A stretch of 28,171 nt of DNA from Aerococcus viridans (GTDB taxonomy: Bacteria > Bacillota > Bacilli > Lactobacillales > Aerococcaceae). Within the stretch, counting starts at the first letter, position 1. Every line of letters begins with the position of its first letter. The DNA lies in the NCBI RefSeq assembly GCF_036244575.1, contig NZ_BTRM01000027.1; one strand, given 5' to 3'. Of this stretch, positions 1 to 8,508 are shown one piece after another. The notes beneath the pieces are model-generated. The model saw only the letters and a program-made list of their open reading frames with translations, searched no databases and was not told the DNA's origin. A program made the position numbers and the translations under genes.

Positions 1-91
1 GAGCAAAGCGTATAGTGGCAAAGAGATTACAGAAATGACTGGTATCAGTAAAGCTACTCTCTATCGATATATAAAGAGTAAGAAAAAATAA
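1..91 (+). CDS. 3' end of a serine recombinase/resolvase-type gene (C-terminal HTH); 5' part lies outside the window
   Basis: The frame starting at nt 2 is open from the window edge. It reads SKAYSGKEITEMTGISKATLYRYIKSKKK, then TAA at 89-91. The ISKATLYRY segment resembles the C-terminal helix-turn-helix of small serine recombinases. Confidence 0.5.
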   Translation, partial: SKAYSGKEITEMTGISKATLYRYIKSKKK

Positions 92-709
92 TAATTACAA
101 CATGTAGGGAGTACTGCTGCAATAGAACCACACACAGCCAGGAGTACTTTGAGGTTCAATTATTAAACTTATATTCTATAGAAGAAAGAAATACTGATAT
201 GGTCACAATAACAAAGGAGATTTATAAACAAATAAAAATTGAACTTCCTATAATAGATAGAAGTCCCGCTTCACGAAACGAATCTGGAAAGTTATGGAGA
301 AATTTGAGAAGTAAATAATCTATTCTATTAAAAGGAATAACGATACATATCAAGTAATCAAGAGAAAATAACGCATTTTAAGCCGGTTTCAGATTTAAAA
401 GTGAGTCACTGTTCACAATACTAGCCTGAAATGCGTTTTTTACCCATATCTTTTGTTAAGATTTATTTTGCAACTTATAGTTATAAGAAATGAATATGGC
501 AAAAAATGATTAGGTAGCGTTTATTAATCCATGTTCATTAGTCTTAAGTTATGAAACAAAACATGTAAAATATTCTAAAAAATTAAGTTTATTATTAAAA
601 AAATTAAACAGTCAAAAGATTGTTTGTTGGTTGAGCTATTAAAATTTAGTAATTATACAAATAATAAAGAATGTTTTCCAAAAAGACACAATATATAGTT
701 ATATTTTTG

Positions 710-738
710 TTCGAAAACACAACATATAGTACTATAAT
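710..738 (+). promoter_or_regulatory. Candidate sigma-A promoter of the yjzC-like operon
   Basis: TTCGAA (710-715), 17-nt spacer, TATAAT (733-738). The leader then carries a 9-bp inverted repeat, ATATGTAGG (741-749) / CCTACATAT (772-780). Confidence 0.4.
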
Positions 739-805
739 ACATATGTAGGGAATCCCTTCGCCAAAAGTGTTCCTACATATAGAATAAAGAGAGGAGATAA
801 TAGTC

Positions 806-973
806 ATGACTAAAATGTATAATCCCGGAGAAGATAACAAACCTGCTGGGAAGTATAAGGAAGTTGGGCCTAGAGGAGGAAACGTAAAAGATCCTCGGGT
901 CGTTAACATTGATAAGGGCGATCGATTGCCGCCAACCTCTGAATCCGGAAATAATTGGAAAAAAATAAATTAA
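806..973 (+). CDS. YjzC-like small protein (55 aa), absent from the supplied ORF track
   Basis: ATG at 806 is preceded by GAGGAG (791-796). Translation is MTKMYNPGEDNKPAGKYKEVGPRGGNVKDPRVVNIDKGDRLPPTSESGNNWKKIN, with TAA at 971-973. The pattern (PGE..P..G.Y.E.G..GG.V..P..V....GD.LPPT) matches my recollection of the Bacillus YjzC family. Confidence 0.7.
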   Translation: MTKMYNPGEDNKPAGKYKEVGPRGGNVKDPRVVNIDKGDRLPPTSESGNNWKKIN

Positions 974-1024
974 TTCAAAGTAGTTAATAAGAACTTTATT
1001 TATATATAGTTTGGAGGTTAAAAA

Positions 1025-1378
1025 ATGTGGAATAGAAATCAATATTCCGGTCCAGGTGGTGGACTATATACTGGACCGGACGGTGGGCTATATACCGGAC
1101 CAGGTGGTGGAGCATATACCGGACCAGGTGGCGGTTTATATACGGGACCTGGCGGTGGATTATACACTGGACCAGGTGGCGGTTTGTATACTGGACCTGG
1201 CGGTGGATTATACACTGGACCAGGTGGCGGTTTGTATACAGGTCCAGGAGGCGGAGCTTACAACGGCCCAACGCCTTACACCAGTAACATCCCACCCTGG
1301 CCAATATTTGTAAAAGAATTAGAAAAACGAGGACTTACTAGACAGGCTGAAATGATCAGAAGAAGCATTAAAGTTTAA
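1025..1378 (+). CDS. Gly/Tyr-rich repeat protein (117 aa): nine GPGGG(L/A)YT octapeptides plus a unique about 45-aa C-terminal tail
   Basis: GGAGG (1013-1017) lies 7 nt before ATG 1025. The repeat units differ mostly at synonymous positions while the peptide stays GPGGG(L/A)YT. That supports this frame over the two other open frames across the repeats. A hairpin terminator follows the stop. Confidence 0.65.
   Translation: MWNRNQYSGPGGGLYTGPDGGLYTGPGGGAYTGPGGGLYTGPGGGLYTGPGGGLYTGPGGGLYTGPGGGLYTGPGGGAYNGPTPYTSNIPPWPIFVKELEKRGLTRQAEMIRRSIKV
1049..1264 (+). repeat. 24-bp tandem repeat x9 (in-frame, coding)
   Basis: Units start at 1049, 1073, 1097, 1121, 1145, 1169, 1193, 1217 and 1241. Units 5+6 (1145-1192) and 7+8 (1193-1240) form a 48-bp duplication that differs only in its last base. 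Confidence 0.95.
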
Positions 1379-1401
1379 AAAATCATCATTTTAATAGTAA
1401 T

Positions 1402-1447
1402 AAACAAGGTTACTTGCATTATTTTGTAAGTAACCTTGTTTATATTT
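1402..1447 (+). terminator. Rho-independent terminator-like hairpin after the repeat-protein gene
   Basis: AAACAAGGTTACTT (1402-1415) pairs with AAGTAACCTTGTTT (1428-1441), followed by ATATTT. Confidence 0.6.
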
Positions 1448-1955
1448 AAAAATATAAAAATTAGTACAAGGTCACTCTCTTAATTTTCCTTTCCTTAAAG
1501 AGCAATTTGCACCCTCAGTCATTGGGATATACTTTTCCGGACACTCTTTTTGTATTTACACTTTTTAAGCCCTTAAGCTATCGGTCGAAATTTTGATTAG
1601 TGACAAATATATGGGTGCATATACTACTTTCATCTTTCTTACTCCTTTTCTCAACAGACTTAATAGGCACTTATAGTACACAGTGAAGAAATCGAAAAGA
1701 CAATATGTTACACGTGTCTATTGTAGGTACACTCATAATCGACAAAAAACTGAATCAAAAAGTCGTAAACTTTTTCTGATTCAGCTTTTGCATTTAACCT
1801 AAAAAGAGCTTTATTCATTGACTCTTCTTTTTTCATGATCTCCTGTGGAGTGATTTTGAGGTTTCGTTAGTGTGTATTGATCTGAAAGGTTCTGTTGCAA
1901 AGATTTCTAACAAGTATATTTTAGGTTAAAATAGAGAAAATGACAGCTTGGAGGA

Positions 1956-2627
1956 ATGAAGATGAATCACTTTAAAGGAAAACAATTTTATAAAGACGTG
2001 ATTATCGTAGCCGTTGGCTATTACCTTCGTTATAATCTCAGCTACCGCGAAGTGAAAGAAATCCTTTATGATCGCGGCATTGACGTTTGCCATACGACCA
2101 TTTACCGATGGGTACAAGAATACGGGAAGATTCTCTATCAAATTTGGAAAAAGAAGAATCGACAATCCTTCTACTCGTGGAAAATGGATGAAACCTATAT
2201 AAAAATTAAAGGGAAATGGCACTATTTATATCGTGCAATTGATGCAGACGGACTGACTTTAGATATTTGGTTACGTAAAAAACGTGATACGCAAGCCGCG
2301 TATGCATTTTTGAAACGATTAAAGCAACAATTCGGAGAACCAAAGGTTCTAGTGACTGACAAAGCGCCTTCTATTCGTAGTGCCTTCAAGAAGTTATAAA
2401 AATCTGGTTTATATACAAATACTGAACATCGAACAGTGAAGTATCTCAACAATTTAATTGAGCAAGATCATCGTCCAATGAAACGGCGAAATAAGTTTTA
2501 TCAAAGTCTTCGAACGGCTTCAGCCACGATTAAAGGCATGGAGACCATTCGAGGAATATACAAGAAAAGCAGAAAAGAAGGAACTCTTTTTGGCTTTTCA
2601 GTCTACACAGAAATAAAAGGATTATTA
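1956..2627 (+). pseudogene. IS6-family (IS1216-like) transposase, inactivated by an in-frame TAA and by Tn1546 insertion near the 3' end
   Basis: ORFs 1956-2399 and 2436-2678 are in the same frame, separated by TAA at 2397-2399 (KKL*KSGLYTNTEHRTVKYLNNLIEQDHRP). The reading frame runs into the Tn1546 IR at 2628. It resumes at 13484 as GIPA then stop, which is the expected IS1216-type C-terminus. Confidence 0.85.
2623..2627. repeat. Left copy of the 5-bp target-site duplication (TATTA) of Tn1546
   Basis: TATTA lies immediately outside IRL, and an identical TATTA lies immediately outside IRR (13479-13483). Confidence 0.9.
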
Positions 2628-2665
2628 GGGGTAGCGTCAGGAAAATGCGGATTTACAACGCTAAG
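2628..2665 (+). repeat. Tn1546 left terminal inverted repeat (38 bp)
   Basis: GGGGTAGCGTCAGGAAAATGCGGATTTACAACGCTAAG matches the reverse complement of 13441-13478 at 36 of 38 positions. Confidence 0.95.
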
Positions 2666-2701
2666 CCTATTTTCCTGACGAATCCCTCGTTTTTAACAAC
2701 G

Positions 2702-5668
2702 TTAAGAAAGTTTTAGTGGTCTTAAAGAATTTAATGAGACTACTTTCTCTGAGTTAAAATGGTATTCTCCTAGTAAATTAATATGTTCCCAACCTAAGGG
2801 CGACATATGGTGTAACAAATCTTCATTAAAGCTACCTGTCCGTTTTTTATATTCAACTGCTGTTGTTAGGTGGAGAGTATTCCAAATACTTATAGCATTG
2901 ATAATTATGTTTAAAGCACTGGCTCTTTGCAATTGATGCTGTATGGTGCGTTCTCTAAGCTCACCTTGTTTTCCGAAGAAAATAGCTCTTGCCAATCCAT
3001 TCATGGCTTCTCCTTTATTCAATCCTCTTTGTATTTTTCTTCTTAATGATTCATCCGATATATAATTCAAAATAAAGATCGTTTTTTCTATTCGGCCCAT
3101 CTCACGTAAGGCTGTAGCTAAGCTGTTTTGTCTTGAATAGGAACCTAGCTTCCCCATAATAAGGGATGCTGAAACTGTTCCCTCCCTTATAGAATGAGCT
3201 AATCGCAAAACATCCTCATAATTTTCTTTAATGACCTTTGTATTTATTTGTCCACGTAAAATGGCTTCTAGTTTTGGATACTCACTTGCTTTATCTATCG
3301 TAAATAATTTTGAGTCCGATAAATCCCTTATTCTTGGGGCAAATTTAAATCCTAATAAATGAGTCAGTCCGAATATTTGGTCAGTGTAACCGGCAGTGTC
3401 TGTATAATGTTCCTCTATGTTTAGATCCGTCTCATGATGTAACAAACCATCCAAAACATGAATCGCATCTCTTGAATTAGTATGAATAATCTTTGTGTAG
3501 TAAGAAGAGAATTGATCACTTGTAAATCGGTAGATGGTGGCTCCTTTTCCAGTTCCATAATGTGGATTTGCATCTGCATGTAGTGATGAAACACCTAGCT
3601 GCATTCTCATACCATCTGACGAAGATGTTGTACCGTCGCCCCAATAGAAAGGCAATTGTAATTTATGATGAAAGTTTACTAATATGGCTTGGGCTTTATT
3701 CATGGCATCTTCATACATGCGCCATTGAGATACATTGGCTAGTTGCTTATATGTAAGTCCGGGTGTGGCTTCGGCCATCTTGCTCAAGCCAATATTCATT
3801 CCCATTCCTAAAAGGGCAGCCATGATAATGATTGTTTCTTCCTTATCTGGTTTTCGATTATTGGAAGCATGAGTGAATTGCTCATGAAATCCTGTTATAT
3901 GGGCCACATCCATGAGTAAATCAGTTAATTTTATTCTTGGTAGCATCTGATAAAGGCTTGCACTAAATTTTTTTGCTTCTTCTGGAACATCTTTTTCTAA
4001 GCGTGCAAGTGATAGCTTTCCTTTTTCAAGAGAAACCCCATCTAACTTATTGGAATTGGCAGCTAACCACTTTAACCTTTCATTAAAGCTGCTGGTTCTC
4101 TCCGTTATATAATCTTCGAATGATAAACTAACTGATAATCTCGTATTCCCCTTCGATTGATTCCATGTATCTTCCGAAAACAAATATTCCTCAAAATCCC
4201 TATATTGTCTGCTGCCAACAATGGAAACATCTCCTGCCCGAACATGCTCCCGAAGTTCTGTTAAAACAGCCATTTCATAGTAATGACGATTAATTGTTGT
4301 ACCATCATCCTCGTATAAATGTCTTTTCCATCGTTTTGAAATAAAATCCACAGGTGAGTCATCAGGCACTTTTCGCTTTCCAGATTCGTTCATTCCTCGG
4401 ATAATCTCAACAGCTTGTAAAAGTGGCTCATTTGCCTTTGTAGAATGAAATTCCAATACTCTTAATAGCGTTGGCGTATATTTTCTTAGTGAATAAAACC
4501 GTTTTTGCAGTAAGTCTAAATAATCATAGTCGGCAGGACGTGCAAGTTCCTGAGCCTCTTCTACTGAAGAGACAAAGGTATTCCATTCAATAACCGATTC
4601 TAAAACCTTAAAAACGTCTAATTTTTCCTCTCTTGCTTTAATTAATGCTTGTCCGATGTTCGTAAAGTGTATAACTTTCTCATTTAGCTTTTTACCGTTT
4701 TGTTTCTGGATTTCCTCTTGAGCCTTACGACCTTTTGATAACAAACTAAGTATTTGCCTATCATGAATTTCAAACGCTTTATCCGTTAGCTCCTGAGTAA
4801 GTTGTAATAAATAGATGGTTAATATCGAATAACGTTTATTTTCTTGAAAGTCACGGAATGCATACGGCTCGTATCTTGAGCCTAAGCGAGACAGCTGCAA
4901 CAGGCGGTTACGGTGCAAATGACTAATTTGCACTGTTTCTAAATCCATTCCTCGTATGTATTCGAGTCGTTCTATTATTTTTAGAAAAGTTTCGGGTGAA
5001 GGATGACCCGGTGGCTCTTTTAACCAACCCAATATCGTTTTATTGGATTCGGATGGATGCTGCGAGGTAATAATCCCTTCAAGCTTTTCTTTTTGCTCAT
5101 TTGTTAGAGATTTACTAACCGTATTAAATAGCTTCTTTTCAGCCATTGCCCTTGCTTCCCACACCATTCTTTCAAGTGTAGTGATAGCAGGCAGTATAAT
5201 TTTGTTTTTTCTTAGAAAATCTATGCATTCATGCAGTAGATGAATGGCATCACCATTTTCCAAAGCTAATTGATGAAGGTACTTAAATGTCATTCGATAT
5301 TCACTCAGGGTAAAAGTTACAAAGTCGTATTCACTTCGAATTTCTTTCAAATGATCCCAAAGTGTATTTTCCCTTTGAGGATAATGATCAAGCGAGGATG
5401 GACTAACACCAATCTGTTTCGATATATATTGTATGACCGAATCTGGGATGCTTTTGATATGAGTGTATGGCCAACCGGGATACCGAAGAACAGCTAATTG
5501 AACAGCAAATCCTAAACGGTTTTCTTCCCTCCTTCGCTTATTAACTATTTCTAAATCCCGTTTGGAAAAAGTGAAGTAGGTCCCCAGTATCCATTCATCT
5601 TCAGGGATTTGCATAAAAGCCTGTCTCTGTTCCGGTGTAAGCAATTCTCTACCTCTCGCAATTTTCAT
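2702..5668 (-). CDS. tnpA: Tn3-family transposase (Tn1546 ORF1), 988 aa
   Basis: Full-length 988-aa ORF next to IRL and divergent from the resolvase gene. This is the typical Tn3-family TnpA size and position. Confidence 0.97.
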   Translation of the reverse strand: MKIARGRELLTPEQRQAFMQIPEDEWILGTYFTFSKRDLEIVNKRRREENRLGFAVQLAVLRYPGWPYTHIKSIPDSVIQYISKQIGVSPSSLDHYPQRENTLWDHLKEIRSEYDFVTFTLSEYRMTFKYLHQLALENGDAIHLLHECIDFLRKNKIILPAITTLERMVWEARAMAEKKLFNTVSKSLTNEQKEKLEGIITSQHPSESNKTILGWLKEPPGHPSPETFLKIIERLEYIRGMDLETVQISHLHRNRLLQLSRLGSRYEPYAFRDFQENKRYSILTIYLLQLTQELTDKAFEIHDRQILSLLSKGRKAQEEIQKQNGKKLNEKVIHFTNIGQALIKAREEKLDVFKVLESVIEWNTFVSSVEEAQELARPADYDYLDLLQKRFYSLRKYTPTLLRVLEFHSTKANEPLLQAVEIIRGMNESGKRKVPDDSPVDFISKRWKRHLYEDDGTTINRHYYEMAVLTELREHVRAGDVSIVGSRQYRDFEEYLFSEDTWNQSKGNTRLSVSLSFEDYITERTSSFNERLKWLAANSNKLDGVSLEKGKLSLARLEKDVPEEAKKFSASLYQMLPRIKLTDLLMDVAHITGFHEQFTHASNNRKPDKEETIIIMAALLGMGMNIGLSKMAEATPGLTYKQLANVSQWRMYEDAMNKAQAILVNFHHKLQLPFYWGDGTTSSSDGMRMQLGVSSLHADANPHYGTGKGATIYRFTSDQFSSYYTKIIHTNSRDAIHVLDGLLHHETDLNIEEHYTDTAGYTDQIFGLTHLLGFKFAPRIRDLSDSKLFTIDKASEYPKLEAILRGQINTKVIKENYEDVLRLAHSIREGTVSASLIMGKLGSYSRQNSLATALREMGRIEKTIFILNYISDESLRRKIQRGLNKGEAMNGLARAIFFGKQGELRERTIQHQLQRASALNIIINAISIWNTLHLTTAVEYKKRTGSFNEDLLHHMSPLGWEHINLLGEYHFNSEKVVSLNSLRPLKLS

Positions 5669-5813
5669 TCAGTATCATTCCATTTCTGTATTTTCAATTT
5701 ATTAGTTCAATTATATATCAATAGAGTGTACTCTATTGATACAAATGTAGTAGACTGATAAAATCATAGTTAAGAGCGTCTCATAAGACTTGTCTCAAAA
5801 ATGAGGTGATATT
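5669..5813. promoter_or_regulatory. Divergent tnpA/resolvase intergenic region with the presumed res site
   Basis: It contains a 26-bp palindrome, TATCAATAGAGT-GT-ACTCTATTGATA (5716-5741). In Tn3-family elements, res lies between tnpA and tnpR. Confidence 0.6.
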
Positions 5814-6389
5814 TTGCGGAAAATCGGTTATATTCGTGTCAGTTCGACTAACCAGAATCCTTCAAGACAATTTCAGCAGTTGAACGAGATCGGAATGGAT
5901 ATTATATATGAAGAGAAAGTTTCAGGAGCAACAAAGGATCGCGAGCAACTTCAAAAAGTGTTAGACGATTTACAGGAAGATGACATCATTTATGTTACAG
6001 ACTTAACTCGAATCACTCGTAGTACACAAGATCTATTTGAATTAATCGATAACATACGAGATAAAAAGGCAAGTTTAAAATCACTAAAAGATACATGGCT
6101 TGATTTATCAGAAGATAATCCATACAGCCAATTCTTAATTACTGTAATGGCTGGTGTTAACCAATTAGAGCGAGATCTTATTCGGATGAGACAACGTGAA
6201 GGGATTGAATTGGCTAAGAAAGAAGGAAAGTTTAAAGGTCGATTAAAGAAGTATCATAAAAATCACGCAGGAATGAATTATGCGGTAAAGCTATATAAAG
6301 AAGGAAATATGACTGTAAATCAAATTTGTGAAATTACTAATGTATCTAGGGCTTCATTATACAGGAAATTATCAGAAGTGAATAATTAG
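5814..6389 (+). CDS. tnpR: Serine resolvase (Tn1546 ORF2), 191 aa, TTG start
   Basis: The N-terminus is MRKIGYIRVSSTNQN (catalytic Ser motif) and there is a C-terminal HTH (ICEITNVSRASLYRKL). GAGGTGA precedes the TTG at 5814. Confidence 0.95.
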   Translation: MRKIGYIRVSSTNQNPSRQFQQLNEIGMDIIYEEKVSGATKDREQLQKVLDDLQEDDIIYVTDLTRITRSTQDLFELIDNIRDKKASLKSLKDTWLDLSEDNPYSQFLITVMAGVNQLERDLIRMRQREGIELAKKEGKFKGRLKKYHKNHAGMNYAVKLYKEGNMTVNQICEITNVSRASLYRKLSEVNN

Positions 6390-6501
6390 CCATTCTGTAT
6401 TCCGCTAATGGGCAATATTTTTAAAGAAGAAAAGGAAACTATAAAATATTAACAGCCTCCTAGCGATGCCGAAAAGCCCTTTGATAAAAAAAGAATCATC
6501 A

Positions 6502-6558
6502 TCTTAAGAAATTCTTAGTCATTTATTATGTAAATGCTTATAAATTCGGCCCTATAAT
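6502..6558 (+). promoter_or_regulatory. vanR promoter region with a VanR-box-like sequence
   Basis: TCTTAAGAAATT (6502-6513) resembles the two boxes upstream of vanH. TATAAT is at 6553-6558. The -35 is weak, as expected for an activator-dependent promoter. Confidence 0.5.
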
Positions 6559-6602
6559 CTGATTAATTATTAAGGGCAAACTTATGTGAAAGGGTGATAA
6601 CT

Positions 6603-7298
6603 ATGAGCGATAAAATACTTATTGTGGATGATGAACATGAAATTGCCGATTTGGTTGAATTATACTTAAAAAACGAGAATTATACGGTTTTCAAATACTA
6701 TACCGCCAAAGAAGCATTGGAATGTATAGACAAGTCTGAGATTGACCTTGCCATATTGGACATCATGCTTCCCGGCACAAGCGGCCTTACTATCTGTCAA
6801 AAAATAAGGGACAAGCACACCTATCCGATTATCATGCTGACCGGGAAAGATACAGAGGTAGATAAAATTACAGGGTTAACAATCGGCGCGGATGATTATA
6901 TAACGAAGCCCTTTCGCCCACTGGAGTTAATTGCTCGGGTAAAGGCCCAGTTGCGCCGATACAAAAAATTCAGTGGAGTAAAGGAGCAGAACGAAAATGT
7001 TATCGTCCACTCCGGCCTTGTCATTAATGTTAACACCCATGAGTGTTATCTGAACGAGAAGCAGTTATTCCTTACTCCCACCGAGTTTTCAATACTGCGA
7101 ATCCTCTGTGAAAACAAGGGGAATGTGGTTAGCTCCGAGCTGCTATTTCATGAGATATGGGGCGACGAATATTTCAGCAAGAGCAACAACACCATCACCG
7201 TGCATATCCGGCATTTGCGCGAAAAAATGAACGACACCATTGATAATCCGAAATATATAAAAACGGTATGGGGGGTTGGTTATAAAATTGAAAAATAA
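6603..7298 (+). CDS. vanR: VanR response regulator (OmpR family), 231 aa
   Basis: ATG at 6603 gives MSDKILIVDDEHEI...; there is a receiver domain plus a winged-helix C-terminus. Length and position match Tn1546 vanR. The ORF-track start at 6594 is an upstream extension. Confidence 0.97.
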   Translation: MSDKILIVDDEHEIADLVELYLKNENYTVFKYYTAKEALECIDKSEIDLAILDIMLPGTSGLTICQKIRDKHTYPIIMLTGKDTEVDKITGLTIGADDYITKPFRPLELIARVKAQLRRYKKFSGVKEQNENVIVHSGLVINVNTHECYLNEKQLFLTPTEFSILRILCENKGNVVSSELLFHEIWGDEYFSKSNNTITVHIRHLREKMNDTIDNPKYIKTVWGVGYKIEK

Positions 7299-8430
7299 AA
7301 AAAACGACTATTCCAAACTAGAACGAAAACTTTACATGTATATCGTTGCAATTGTTGTGGTAGCAATTGTATTCGTGTTGTATATTCGTTCAATGATCCG
7401 AGGGAAACTTGGGGATTGGATCGTAAGTATTTTGCAAAACAAATATGACTTAAATCACCTGGACGCGATGAAATTATATCATTATTCCATACGGAACAAT
7501 ATAGATATCTTTATTTATGTGGCGATTGTCATTAGTATTCTTATTCTATGTCGCGTCATGCTTTCAAAATTCGCAAAATACTTTGACGAGATAAATACCG
7601 GCATTGATGTACTTATTCAGAACGAAGATAAACAAATTGAGCTTTCTGCGGAAATGGATGTTATGGAACAAAAGCTCAACACATTAAAACGGACTCTGGA
7701 AAAGCGAGAGCAGGATGCAAAGCTGGCCGAACAAAGAAAAAATGACGTTGTTATGTACTTGGCGCACGATATTAAAACGCCCCTTACATCCATTATCGGT
7801 TATTTGAGCCTGCTTGACGAGGCTCCAGACATGCCGGTAGATCAAAAGGCAAAGTATGTGCATATCACGTTGGACAAAGCGTATCGACTCGAACAGCTAA
7901 TCGACGAGTTTTTTGAGATTACACGGTATAACCTACAAACGATAACGCTAACAAAAACGCACATAGACCTATACTATACGCTGGTGCAGATGACCGATGA
8001 ATTTTATCCTCAGCTTTCCGCACATGGAAAACAGGCGGTTATTCACGCCCCCGAGGATCTGACCGTGTCCGGCGACCCTGATAAACTCGCGAGAGTCTTT
8101 AACAACATTTTGAAAAACGCCGCTGCATACAGTGAGGATAACAGCATCATTGACATTACCGCGGGCCTCTCCGGGGATGTGGTGTCAATCGAATTCAAGA
8201 ACACTGGAAGCATCCCAAAAGATAAGCTAGCTGCCATATTTGAAAAGTTCTATAGGCTGGACAATGCTCGTTCTTCCGATACGGGTGGCGCGGGACTTGG
8301 ATTGGCGATTGCAAAAGAAATTATTGTTCAGCATGGAGGGCAGATTTACGCGGAAAGCAATGATAACTATACGACGTTTAGGGTAGAGCTTCCAGCGATG
8401 CCAGACTTGGTTGATAAAAGGAGGTCCTAA
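7276..8430 (+). CDS. vanS: VanS sensor histidine kinase, 384 aa, TTG start, overlapping the vanR end by 23 nt
   Basis: Two N-terminal TM segments, an H-box (MYLAHDIKTPLTSI), and N and G boxes (NILKNAAAYS, DTGGAGLGLAIAK). It carries V50, Q54 and H69. Confidence 0.97.
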   Translation: MVIKLKNKKNDYSKLERKLYMYIVAIVVVAIVFVLYIRSMIRGKLGDWIVSILQNKYDLNHLDAMKLYHYSIRNNIDIFIYVAIVISILILCRVMLSKFAKYFDEINTGIDVLIQNEDKQIELSAEMDVMEQKLNTLKRTLEKREQDAKLAEQRKNDVVMYLAHDIKTPLTSIIGYLSLLDEAPDMPVDQKAKYVHITLDKAYRLEQLIDEFFEITRYNLQTITLTKTHIDLYYTLVQMTDEFYPQLSAHGKQAVIHAPEDLTVSGDPDKLARVFNNILKNAAAYSEDNSIIDITAGLSGDVVSIEFKNTGSIPKDKLAAIFEKFYRLDNARSSDTGGAGLGLAIAKEIIVQHGGQIYAESNDNYTTFRVELPAMPDLVDKRRS

Positions 8431-8445
8431 GAGATGTATATAATT

Positions 8446-8503
8446 TTTTAGGAAAATCTCAAGGTTATCTTTACTTTTTCTTAGGAAATTAACAATTTAA
8501 TAT
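8446..8503 (+). promoter_or_regulatory. vanH promoter region with two direct VanR-box-like repeats
   Basis: TTTTAGGAAAAT (8446-8457) and TCTTAGGAAATT (8479-8490) are about 33 bp apart. A -10-like TAATAT lies at 8498-8503. Confidence 0.5.
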
Positions 8504-8508
8504 TAAAA

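Larger units (their letters stand above)
1888..2627 (+). mobile_element. IS1216-like (IS6 family) insertion sequence, left 740 bp (interrupted by Tn1546)
   Basis: The left terminal IR is GGTTCTGTTGCAAAGATT at 1888-1905. The encoded protein is close to the IS1216/IS6 transposase as I recall it. 740 bp here plus 69 bp at 13484-13552 gives 809 bp, the size of IS1216. Confidence 0.85.

Noticed and set aside
199-318. 39-codon plus-strand ORF (MVTITKEIYKQIKIELPIIDRSPASRNESGKLWRNLRSK)
   Set aside because: The RBS is weak and I recognise no family. It may be a gene remnant. The possible hairpin with a T-run at about 369-434 has a 40-nt loop and is not convincing.
646-1042. Minus-strand ORFs 646..909 and 773..1042 from the ORF track
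   Set aside because: They lie antisense to the YjzC-like gene and its promoter. They have no RBS and low-complexity AT-driven sequences. The plus-strand 806-973 ORF has an RBS and a recognisable family pattern.
1049-1264. Possible CRISPR array
   Set aside because: The units are directly tandem with no spacers, 24 bp long, and in-frame within a coding sequence. No cas genes are present.
996-1313. Alternative frames through the 24-bp repeats (996..1304 minus, 1011..1313 plus)
   Set aside because: They are open only because a tandem repeat without stops is open in several frames. They have no RBS, and the repeat-unit substitutions are synonymous only in the 1025 frame.
1565-1633. 22-codon minus-strand ORF with a strong AAAGGAG RBS (MKVVYAPIYLSLIKISTDSLRA), considered as an Fst-like type I toxin
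   Set aside because: It contains an API motif but is not hydrophobic enough for a membrane toxin. No convergent antisense RNA with shared direct repeats was seen. It may be the stump of a truncated gene.
1708-1836. 42-codon minus-strand ORF next to the IS left end (MKKEESMNKALFRLNAKAESEKVYDFLIQFFVDYECTYNRHV)
   Set aside because: It is short, has a tight RBS spacing of 3 nt and no recognisable domain. It is probably a fragment and is not supportable as a gene.
1926-2452. Minus-strand ORFs 1926..2222 and 2222..2452
   Set aside because: They are antisense to the clearly homologous IS6-family transposase frame.
3562-5497. Plus-strand ORFs 3562..3756, 5043..5243 and 5270..5497
   Set aside because: They are antisense inside the 988-aa Tn3-family transposase gene, with no RBS.
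7978-7980. Possible additional VanS substitution (Thr in ..DLYYTLVQM.., where I vaguely recall Met)
   Set aside because: My recollection of the reference residue is not firm enough to report it. It needs an alignment to M97297.
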